Source: Bispira polyomma (Eukaryota). From it: a stretch of DNA of 64,000 bases. Where the stretch lies: positions 74,896,001 through 74,960,000 of the forward strand of contig OZ287749.1 in assembly GCA_965649765.1 (NCBI GenBank). The letters run 5' to 3'. The number at the start of each line of letters is the position of its first letter. Position 1 is the first letter of the stretch. Below are positions 52,761-64,000 of the stretch, piece by piece. Under the pieces are notes generated by a model. It did not search any database. It saw nothing but the letters and a program-made list of their open reading frames with translations, and had not been told where the DNA came from. Position numbers and translations under genes: made by a program.

Positions 52761-55700
52761 TAAGGTGGCAGATATTTGTGAGGAAAACGTCTACACAATG
52801 TGCTCATACAGGATAATTTCTTTCTTTCGGTTTCTCAATCACAATGCACAACTACAGAATACCTACAAAAGAGTTTTGAATTTGAATTGGGATATTTAAC
52901 GAGAATATACTAGAGTTGTGCTTACAGTTAGTTTTTTGACAATATTTTGTATGATGAGGGAGGATGTTTTCATATTTTACAACACAAAAAAGTGTCAAGC
53001 TAAACCAAAAAGAAATAATCAACAATATTTTTTGCACAAACATAGTTGGCAAAATACGTATACAGAGTTTTTATATAGAGGTTTTATTACTTGCTCTATA
53101 TAAGTGGTACACTATAATAAAATTAATATGCGAGCAAAAAAACTGTAATTTTACACAGGTGTCCATATGATAGAAACAATGCCTATTTCTCAGTAAATAT
53201 CCGAATATCATGTTCTAAAACTGTGTGTGATCTGTTAATCATATTATATATCTAGTTATGATCTTATCTATGCAGAGGTATGACAAAAAAAATACTTTTA
53301 GTTTTGTATTATTCATACACTTATATTGTATAATACACATGTTTCAGTCTCACCTAGGTTTCCTAGAATAATATCTAACAATTCTACAATTTAGGTTTGA
53401 CTATGGGTAACCATTTGGCCTAGGTCTTAATATATTTTACATATTATCACAAATGTACAATCTCTATGAGATGATATAATGATATATATGGCTACTCTCT
53501 CTCCTACCTATTACTTCACAATCAATGTACACTTGAACTTTGAACAGGCTGGTATATATGAACCAATAGTATATGCATGCGAGACAGTAGGTAATGATAT
53601 TAGAAAGGTGACACGATAAATCTATGATTTACTAGATATACGTTTATACAGTAAATATTACCAGTAATATATAAAACAAGGTTGCTAAGAAATGGTAGGT
53701 AGCTACACTCCCAATGAAATTGGGAACACTTGATTATGTATTTAATGTTTACCTGATATTACTTGAGCCACCTTTAGATCACACTTAGACGATGCTCTTT
53801 CATTAAGAGATATATAACCTTCAACGTTAAAAATACTGAACTGGAACTAACTTTGTAAGAAAAGGTAAGAAATTTACCCCCAAGAACCTTTTACAGATTC
53901 CTTGTTCAGAAGAATTGTCCCGAAGGGTGGGTAGCTATTTGTGCAGACTTCCATACACAATATTGAACAAATAGTCCGTAACTCGAATGTATCTGATAAA
54001 TACAATTAAAATGAGTTTAAATCAAAAACATATTATCAACTGGGTATTTTTTGTTGTTGTTATCACTTAGGTTTAAACAATTCCAAACTTTCGGTCTTTT
54101 ATGTATCTAACCAGACACATACAAACCATAAACACACATACACCTAGGGAATGAACACGGTTCATATTCTTATGGAGGTTCTCACCCCATCAGTCAACCA
54201 ATTGACTCTGACAGAAGCCCCAAATGACTAATGGCTGTCAAAGGCCACCACACATTGACATTGACAGGTATAAAGACTCCACCACACACACAAACCACAT
54301 CAGTTTACTATTGACTCCCTGATCCTATCACACCCCTGTTTATAACATACACCACCTCTCACAGGTTCTCTCTGTATATCTAATGTTTATAACCACCACC
54401 TCTAACCCTCCTTCCGTAGAGTTCCCCCCTCTGTGTTATATAAAGTGATGTGTGAAATGTGTGTATATAATCCACTCACTCCCCTCCCTATCCTTGTATA
54501 ATAACTGTGAAGGCGTCTATTATTATTCTGTTGATCTTTGGATGTTGGGTGATGTACCCTTATATCAACCCTCCTATCAAACATCTTCATTTGAATGGAG
54601 AGGGCATTTGCTTTTTTTTAAACACCTCACCTATACTTTCCACCCCTGTATTCATGATGGACAGATTTGGCCACAGTTTATTACAAATTATGGGTAAACT
54701 AAAAGGCTTGAAACTGTTGTTTGTTCAAGTAGATTGCTCAAGAACGTTGTTTGAGAATTAAGATTGACCAAGATTACTTTGTCTGAGAAATAAACACAAT
54801 ATTGTTTGTATTCTCCATTGTAATTGAATTATACATGATTTATGTTTCAAAAATGATTTAACGTTTGCTTTCATCTTCAGAATGGACACTTTGAAAACTT
54901 TAGGTATGTAGCATTTTATTCATGTAACACCTTTAAAAGCAGTAAATAAAATTTTTTATAGACTGTTTAATAAGTAATATACGATTTATAACTGAAGTAT
55001 ACATGACTGTGCTATATTGTATCTCAGTTTTAATAGTATTGAAACTTTAGTAGTAAATATCCAGTATTGTTATCTTAGTGAACAATAAGTTAGTGTCTGA
55101 TTTCTTTAACAACAAACATTACCTGTGCAATACTTGTTAATTTTTTATAGACAACAACTAATGTGTCCATCAGATGATTGGTAAAACAAAGTCATGAAAC
55201 AGAAACTGCTATTCATTATTTGTATTATTTTAATGACAGCAAGAAACAATTGAGGCCTAAAATTCTTAGGTTAGGTAACAATGCTTGGTCAATTTTGTAT
55301 TATAATTTTTACTTCATAGTGTGCTCTATAACACCAGTTTAAGAAAACACTATCTGGTTCCCTTTTGTTTCCTCAGAACAAACTTATATTTTTCATAAAT
55401 AAAAGCTCTGTTTTCAACTATCATGCAAAGCCAGATACCTGTATCATATGCCATAATATGAGACCATAACATGACATGAATTTTGAGATTTTGTTTAAAG
55501 CTTACATTTTAAAGTGTTTGTCTTTGGGCGTGTTTTATGTACTACTCAATGATGATGTTATTGATTCTTTGTTTTTCTACAAAAATGTGCCCTTTGAGTT
55601 TCGTTGTTTTTGTTTGATACAGTTTTTTTGTGAAACCCTACCTTTTACATTTTTATGTGGAGCAGCAAATGCCCATGATATATTTGCATGTAAAACTAAT

Positions 55701-56819
55701 TGTTCATATTTGGTTTTGTGTCTTATATATTTTATGGTATTGTATATCTAGTGCTGATTTTTGCATCTATTTGTAACTTTATTGCTTTTAACTTAACATT
55801 AAAACCAACAGAGACAAATGGACTTGCAATAAACAAGTCTGCCAAAGACCATTACAACCACAAAGTTGAAACATGTTTTCACATACTGAAACCCAAGTGT
55901 GACGTCTGCTTCTAAAATTTCAAAATCAGCAGCCATAGACTGGGCCAATCAGATTGAGTGACAGAATGCAGTAGCAGGAGTTCTAAACTGATATCTGCAT
56001 CTTGATTGGTTGGTCTCAGATTACTCAGACTTGTAAGCATGTCTTTAGTAAATAGATAGTGCTTCATATATATAATAAGTACACTGGGCTCAGCATAATA
56101 TGTACATTGTTTACTCTTTTCAGTCTATCAGGCTTACTAAACTTCACCAGGAAGAAAATGTGCCTTGAATCAAATTGTGACTGTAATTCACCTGGAAATA
56201 ATGTACTGAACATGTACCAACCACAGTGGTGTGTGGTTCCAATGGATAGAGGATTATATGAGGGTTTTTTGTTAAAATGGACTCTTACATGCTTATGCAT
56301 ACTACACATATATAGAAAACTATTTATGTGACTATTATTCTGGCATTAACATTAAACACTGGCCCAGGATGGTATGGATAAAACTGTATAGGTTAATATG
56401 CAGTAAAACACAGGTTAACAAAGGGATAGCTTTCTGTTCTAATACATGGCTTCAAAAAGCCTTGTTTAGATGTGTAGAAGTTATGAGTTTTACCAACTTT
56501 ATAGTGTGATGATTCATTGATGGTGTATGATTCATTTTTGTTGTTAGTGTGTCACATAGGAAATATCATCTCTGGTAGATGCAGGGTTTGTTTTTGGACA
56601 AAACTTGACTATATTTTGTATGTTGTTGATCCCCTATTTCTACAGATGAAAGCTATATTTATGACTATTGGTGATGCCCAGTGGATCTGTACTTTAGTGA
56701 TTGTGTCAGTTATTGTCTCCTGTTCTGACCTATATCTCTGAACCCCATGAAGTCTTTTCTGTAACCTAGTCTTCCCTCAGCCACTGTTTGAACCAATACT
56801 CCTCTGCTTCCTCCATATA

Positions 56820-57256
56820 TGAGTATACTATTTTTTACACCAGCAATGTACAGCTATATACAATTGATATTGGTTATACATAATGAGATAATCAGTCAAT
56901 AACAACCTAAGCAAGGTCCCAAAAATATTTTAGATTAGGGAAACAGTCTATTATTGCAAATTCATTGCAAATTCATTCTTGTCAAAATAGTTGACATGTA
57001 TGTGATAAAAGTAGTTTATTACTACTGAGTATACCATTTCTTACTAGCAATGTACAGCTGAAGGCTGTATACATTTAGAATGTTTATGTATAAGGTATTT
57101 TCCATATAATCAGTTAATGGCAACTCAACCAAGGTCCCCTAAGTAAAGATTGAGGTAAATATGTTATTTATTTAAACCGTGAAACAGTCAAGAATACATA
57201 TCATTGCAAAATCTTTCTTTACAAAACAATAGACATGTATGTGATAGAAGTAGTTT
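56820..57256. repeat. Diverged tandem duplication, about 205-bp unit x2
   Basis: GAGTATAC..AGCAATGTACAGCT..ATAATCAGT..CAAGGTCCC..GAAACAGTC..GACATGTATGTGATA.AAGTAGTTT occurs at about 56821-57017 and about 57027-57256. Confidence 0.8.
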
Positions 57257-57407
57257 CTTCATTATTCCAATATTGCAGATTGAAAGAGACCTGCCAAATA
57301 ACCTAACCTAATGTCTCATTATACTCCAGCTTTAAACACTGACTTCCTACCTTTATTGTGTCTCCTTTTAAATCCACACTTATATATCAACAAATTTCCA
57401 CAGAAAT

Positions 57408-57425
57408 TGACCTCAACTAAGGTCA
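57408..57425. promoter_or_regulatory. Perfect ER6 nuclear-receptor response element
   Basis: TGACCT-caacta-AGGTCA. Confidence 0.35.
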
Positions 57426-59304
57426 TATGTGTGTATCTCTCCTCCAACATTAACTATCAGTGACGTAACAACGCCTTTCAAAACTAAAAAGGAGTAGCCA
57501 AATCGGTCTCCTTTTCAAAACACTTCAAAAGGTGGAAACCCGTTATTAGACAAACATCCACTTGCCTCAAGATGACATAATTAGCTCCACCTGAGAGAAA
57601 AACCCGACAACTTCGGAGCTTAAGCCGAGTGCATGTCCCCCCCCCACTCCCAACCTCCCCCTTGTTATAAGTTATTATGCAATGTTATATATATCTACCT
57701 ATGTGTGTAAGCACGTCTGGGTGTGTTGGACAAGAAGGGTTGAAAGTCAAGTGTCACACCATTTATGATTGAACCTTCTAGACATAAAGCACACAATACT
57801 GTCTGGCTGAGTTTAGATCATCCCATTTGTACTTTTATCAGCCTGGTTTTATCAGCAGAACATACACACGGTCTCAGACACTACTTGACACATATACACC
57901 AATTCTTTCTATTGAACCACCATTATACAGAACAGTTTTTTTTTTGTCATCTGAAAATAAATGATGAATTTGTACCATACCATACATTATCCTTAATGAG
58001 AAACTATGACATCTGTCAAATATTAATACAAAAGTTTGGAACAGAAACACTAACCTATAGCCATTTATATCCTTGTTATATCACTTGATGCACTTGATCA
58101 CTTTTGCTATGAAAGAGCTTTTCTTTTCAAAAATAGAGGTCAAAAGTTACCGGAAGTGTTTACGGCTACCAGTGACCCCCGACCACACTTTTCACATATC
58201 TCCAGTCAAACTATTACACAAAAGTTTGTTTTTATTGTTTACTAAAATGTCGTCTGCTACTTGGTTTTCCCCGACGAAAGAGGCGGTAGAATAGTCTGAG
58301 CAATCGATTTGTGTATATTGATCCACAAACTCTATCCAACTGTTTATGTTTTCATTGTTTCATCTCTAGTACCAAAACAGAAAGGAAAATCCACAAGCAG
58401 CCAAGAGTTCAGAGGGCGATAAAAGGTGATGTAATGGCAGAGGCAAAAGACAAGATGCTCTGTGGCAAGCCTCAGTTTAAACATACACAAGAGGTCATGA
58501 AATATAGACTCAGATCTGTGGTAAAGTCAGTTCACTCAAGCACCAGGGTCGAGACCTTTCGCCTCTGAGGGGGCGGGGTCTAATTATGATTGACTGGTGC
58601 CGGAGAACAAGATGATTGGCTAGAAAGTTCAGAGCTGTTCCAAGTAGAATTCATTTGCCCACCACAGTATGGTGTGCCGTGCAAGAGGCAGAAAAAAGTT
58701 TTCAACACACTGACTTGCTGTGTGGAATATAATATAAGTAGGCCAAAGGTTTTTGAAGTATATTTACTGAAGAAACATTGTGAATTGTGCATAGTTCCTG
58801 TCTCAATAATAGGATGAGTACTGTTTGTGTAAAATAGGTGGATGAATAGATTTGGGCATTTTTAAAATAGAAGTACATGTGTTGAAAGAGCTGTTTTGTT
58901 TTTATTGGAATTTTCAAAACACTTCTGTGAAAATATAATTAACCAAGTTTGCATAATGCTTAATTAGTAGTAAGGATATAAATACACAATGTTATCAATT
59001 TCTAAAAGCATCTTTCAATCTTTTCTTGGTATGCTATCCATTGAGTTTAATACATACCTTACAAAGGATTCATTGGCGAAAGTTCAAGTATTACTAACAC
59101 TATTTAATAGTTTTGTTTTATGTTGTCACTAATTTTAAACTTTTTCCAGAATGCATCAGCAAGTTGCAATTAAGATTTACCAAACCTAAAGGAAGGTCAG
59201 ATGAAGGACTAAAACTAGTGAAATATATTATAAACTCCTGGCTTAATTCTTTCAAAACTGACACCATATTGTCACAAATGTACTAGTTATCTTATATGAT
59301 CTGG

Positions 59305-59455
59305 TATCTCGCCAGTCTAGAGGTAACACTCTCTCCTGCCACCTCTGTAGTAGTGGGTTCAAACTTCCCACCATGTATATGAAAAAGTTGGTAGCAGACT
59401 TGATGAAGGTCAATGGAGACATTCCTCCACCAATAAACTGCACATCACCAGATAA
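59305..59455 (+). mobile_element. Diverged SINE related to family A
   Basis: CACCTCTG..GGGTTCAAAC (B box)..CAGACTTGATGAAGGTC..TTCCTCCACCAATAAACTG. Confidence 0.6.
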
Positions 59456-60399
59456 TAATCAAATTAAGACAAATAAATCTTATATTGTTTAACTCAAAAA
59501 GACAAGTATACACAAATATCTGTAATAATCCTTTAAAATGTTGACACTGACCATGCAAACAATGTCTTATACAACATATCATGGATTACTTGGTCACTAG
59601 ACGTTTGGTATGCACTATCCATTGAGCTCTGTAGTAGTATACACTGTCATTTTGACTACCTTTAAAAAGGTTATCTTTTTACCCATGTCCATGTGATGGT
59701 TGGTTTGTCTGCTTATGTTGTCACCAAGTTTACATTAAAATCTATTCTTACATACTATTTGGTGGAGGTGTGGGGCATGGGCAATGGAATAATTCAAAAA
59801 TTGTTTGTCAAAAGAACTAATATTTTATGTTAAAAGAAATTTCAACACTAAATTAAACAAACTATGGACTCAAATTTAAGCAAAGTATGGACATATATTT
59901 AATCACTGTTTCCTGTTACCAGAGGAAATAATGAGACTACAACTGAAAATTCAGTAAGAGCTTTATCTTAAGTATACTGTCATAATATTGGTTTTGGTAC
60001 ACACTACAGTAAGACTATATACAAAAACAAATTATCCATAATATTCATCAAAGTCAATAAAAGGTTTTTGTTCAGGTATCACTCATTAGAAGTCCATCAT
60101 TTTATGATTATTTAGCCTTAAGTTTCCATGTAAGAAGAGATGGATGACAGCACATAACAGATAAAACAATATATCTGCTTCTGTTGACCGTGGCAGAGCG
60201 GACCTGTCTGTTGCCTTTGACACCTTTGAGCATAATATCCTCTTTAACTGTTTGAATGAGTGGTTTGGCATTGATTGCACCACCCTTAGTTGGAATCTGT
60301 TCTATTTACATTGTAGAAAGCAAAAAAATCTGAATTGGTAACAAATTCTCCAAAGCTTTCTGACACCATGAGAATTTGTTACCAATTCCACATTGTTCC

Positions 60400-60880
60400 G
60401 CAATGTTCCACAATGTTCTGTATTGGGCCCTATCCTCTTCACCATGTACACCGCTACCCTCAGTAATATAATCTCTCAGTTTAACGTCACTGATCATCTT
60501 TATGCTGACGACAGACAAATATATTAGCTCTAGAAAACTTTGACTCAAGCATGTAAGAGTTGACAAAATGCCTAGGCTGTGCAAAAATGGATCTAAAGTG
60601 TAAAGCTTAAACTTAAAACTGAATTTATTACTATAGGTCACAATGCTACTCGAGACAGTTCGCAACCAACTTTTCTCATTTCAATCTCTTTGACAAGTAT
60701 ATGTCACCAGAAAGTAAAATTAAGGAATTTGATTTTATCTTTGATCAAAACAAATCTTTTGTTGAATGGAAGCTCCCACAGACTGGCAGATTACAGGATG
60801 CAATCACTGGTTTCAGAAGCCATCTCAAAACCTTTTAGACTGGCCTACCCCTACTTAGTCTCTACCCCTACTTAGGATAT
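60400..60880 (+). mobile_element. Degenerate, internally deleted L2-clade LINE (RT pseudogene fragment)
   Basis: From 60405: [40 protein letters not shown] (RT QG...YADD motifs). Then KLKLKTEFITIG and FRSHLKT..RLAY, typical of L2 ORF2, with stops and frameshifts. Confidence 0.85.
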
Positions 60881-61089
60881 GGATACAGAGACAGTGCCAG
60901 CCATATGTTTGTAAACAATGATGTAGATTGCTTGCGTGTTATTCTGAGAAAAAGTATATACAGTCTCAAAGTGAGCATAGAAACGTCCAATAACAATATT
61001 GTGAAGGCCTTGTGCAATAATTTTTATTTGAAAAGTGGCACAATAAGTAAATCCTGGCAAAAAGCCTTATATACATCAAGCTGATATAT

Positions 61090-61245
61090 TTTGATCAGAT
61101 ATGTCTTTTATCTTGTATGTCATATATTTTAAAGCCTTTCATACAGAACCTTTTTACTAGTGTACATATTTATCATGTTTTTGTGTGATGCTATTTTATC
61201 TTGTACTAATTATATTATAATATGGGCCTTGGGCCTGAAATAAAG

Positions 61246-61276
<31 letters not shown>
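61090..61276 (+). mobile_element. LINE 3' tail ending in AATAAA-(TCTA)n
   Basis: GGGCCTTGGGCCTGAAATAAAG followed by about 7 TCTA units. Confidence 0.55.
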
Positions 61277-61279
<3 letters not shown>

Positions 61280-61397
61280 CTGCCGGATGCTTTAACAGCA
61301 ACCTTTTGCCTGCCCCTGGATCTTTCCTTTTTGTATATCAGCACCTTAGAGGATGTTCTCATCAATTTGGCACTCTATAAATGCTTTAATTATTATC
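61277..61397 (+). mobile_element. L2 3' UTR/terminus
   Basis: CAGCACCTTAGAG...GGCACTCTATAAATGCT..ATTATTAT resembles the L2 terminal AGCGCCTTGAG...GCGCTATATAAAT-(ATT)n. Confidence 0.55.
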
Positions 61398-63559
61398 AAT
61401 TATGTTACATTTGTTGTCCTAACTCCTACTAGTAAATTAATATGTATGTATATGTTCAAATGTAGATAATAAATGCCCAAACCTATTTTATGTATTTCAT
61501 TTATGTTCATTTATTCTGTCAACATATGCCCTTCCCTTCTTTAAGGCAATAGAGTTTATCCCTTCACAAAGACTTTTGGTAATTCACCTTGACAATGTCA
61601 CTTTCAATACTGGTCGACTATACAGGCAACTTAGATAATGTTCCATGATCCTGACAAATTTATAAAAGGACAAAACATTAAAAGGGTGCAACATTTAGCT
61701 TTCATCCAATAATTTGCTTTTAATATATTTAAAATAGATAAATGTGACCATCTAAAATTTAATCCCTTTTAATCTGGCTTGTTTGTTTGACCAAACTTGG
61801 TGGAAGGTTTGGTCATGGGCCAATCAAGCAACAATCAAGTTTGGGATCAACACTTGCTTAAAAGTTCTTTTATAATTTTTGTTTTGTTTTTATGGCAACC
61901 CATATAGAAAACAATTTGTTAAAATTACGAAAAATTACGTTAGTTTAGAACAAGTAAGGGATACAGTTGTATATTATATCGGCAATGTATGAAATTTGGC
62001 TTGGTATATATTTCTGTGTACATTAATAAGTCCAGATTGGGTGCAGTTTGAATTAGCTATAAAACACAGTAGTGTATATAGAAACTGACTAGGTGTTTTC
62101 ATGTCTCATTTGCACAGAAACTCTCCACTAGAGATTTCTAGTATATACCCAATATAGAGAGTATCTGACATGGTTGACACTATTACACAATGAGGTCAGT
62201 CAAGTAAAGGACACTAATATACCCGCCCACCCTCTTTTACAAAAAAAACCCTTTACTTCCCATATACGCTAGAGGTATAAATATATACAAAAGTAAAAAA
62301 AAATTCATGAACTTTAATTGTTCACAAGGTGTTTCTGTCACCATTCCAGTCAACACATTATAGACTATAAAAAACACAAGTCCTTCTTTTTAAAAGAAAT
62401 CACAGTCTCTGACTCTTTCTCTGTGTCTGTTTGACAGATAGGCTGCATGCTATATACCCATTATCGAAATCTAGTGAGCATCTACTAACAAAAGACCATA
62501 TAGCACTTTCTAACTATTCAGAAAACCCTTCCTTTCATTTTTCAAAACACACCACCTTGAAATTACCCCTCTTTTCTTTCCTCATTTATTATTATTTTTG
62601 GGGGAGGGGTGGGGGTTGGGGAGGAGGAGGTAGTCTCTGCCCCCCCCCCCCCCTCTCACCCATAAAACTCCTCTGAGGTCCATCACAGGTACAGACACAT
62701 ATGTACCAATTCCTCCCACCCCCAGTCCCTAGCTTCTGACCAAAGCATTTAAGTGCTTGCATTTATGCTCATATTTAAAATTAATTTTTAAAATTTTAAT
62801 GTGTGCAGTATATATTTGCAAATTACAGATATGAAATATTTTAGGTCAAAATTTACATTCTTGTAAATAGTATTGGTTGAAACTACAGAACTTCAATTTG
62901 TTATAAGTTTGTTATTTGGGAATACTAAGACAATAATATATGTAAACTGAATGTATCTCATACACATGCAAACTTAAACTCAATTATCAATTTTAGAAGT
63001 GAAACATGTACAACCAACATGGCTTAGATGTCTAAATGACATTGTTGGGCTGAGTTCTACTATTTTTTTGGATTAGTATCACTTTTGTAGTTGTAGAAGC
63101 ACTAGTAGCATAAATATGATAGTTATTGAGCAGTGACAGATACAAATTAATATCTGGTTATTATCAACTTGTGGTTACTTATTAAGTTCTGGTGGGAGGT
63201 ATATACTGGCCTTTTATACAGGGTGATGAAAGAACTAGCAGATTATAATGTGATATCCTGCTCTTCAAAAGAAATAAAAACTCTACCACACATGATACAG
63301 AAATATTTTGGTGTGCAGATTATAATTTAAGAGAATAAATGTAATTCGTTGTGTGCACTGTTAACCATCAAAGCCAGCAGCATTCGTGCCATATATCTTT
63401 AATGTTTTCCAAGGTTTGTATTTATGTATCTTCAAAACCATTTATCATTGTAATTAAATAGCTTATACATCCAAAATTATTAAATTCTTGATGTTGTTAT
63501 GTACTTGTTATTTGTATAGTTCTATTTTTATTTGCCTCTCAATATACATTTTAATTATA

Positions 63560-63735
63560 ATACTTTCAATACTCTTGTCTCTAAACAGTCATCTTACCTT
63601 GCTACCCGCCTGTCCTCCAGTAACCTCAAGAGAGGAAAGCTAGTTTCTGTTCCCTCTGTCAAACCCATCAAGGAGGCTGGATCTAGAGCTTTCTCAATCG
63701 CTGCCCCTGTGTTATGGAATAATCTCTCAGTTAAG
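63560..63735 (+). mobile_element. L2 LINE ORF2 C-terminal fragment
   Basis: GSRAFSIAAPVLWNNL matches the L2 GxRAFSxAAPxLWNxL motif. Confidence 0.75.
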
Positions 63736-64000
63736 GGTTTAGTGACGTAAACACATAAAACGATTGCCGATAACCACGTTATGTGTGCTCGAGCTTCTCA
63801 GAAACTACACAACTTTTTCTTTGTGGCCTTAAACCTGATTTATGGATAATATATTTACATTGTCATGATTAGAAATAATAAAGAATGACATATATTTTAA
63901 TTATATACTAATTTATAGAATTTAACTATTATTTCAATAGATATCTTGAGACATACAATACATATAGCAGTGTGTCATATTGTAACCAAAATGGGTAATA

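Noticed and set aside
1-64000. Remaining 60-150 aa ORFs and microRNA hairpins
   Set aside because: The ORFs are F/I/K/L/Y-biased, often lack an ATG and show no domain signatures. I recognised no known miRNA or long pre-miRNA stem by eye, though a folding scan was not possible.

Overview
This is AT-rich animal genomic DNA, probably an invertebrate. The repeat families look lophotrochozoan/mollusc-like, but that is inference. The window holds one protein-coding gene, a complete COUP-TF / seven-up (NR2F) orphan nuclear receptor on the minus strand. It has three coding exons (51600-51129, 44649-44125, 15621-15341; 1278 nt, 425 aa) and two phase-1 GT-AG introns of 6,479 and 28,503 bp. The rest is a gene desert containing tRNA-derived SINEs (two full-length copies with target-site duplications), LINE fragments, Helentron/MITE remnants, mini- and microsatellites, and several enhancer-like blocks. 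Best leads: (1) a dispersed 9-13 bp motif, GCAGACGAC(WWW), present at least 7 times with unrelated flanks and pointing convergently around the 5' half of the gene; (2) a CpG-rich intron-2 block with interleaved inverted repeats and a hairpin that pairs fully only on the transcribed strand; (3) a possible svp-type-2-like truncated isoform with a retroelement-derived poly(A) signal; (4) a Gln-to-Ile change in the normally conserved second zinc finger. I see no prokaryotic-type system (CRISPR, operon).
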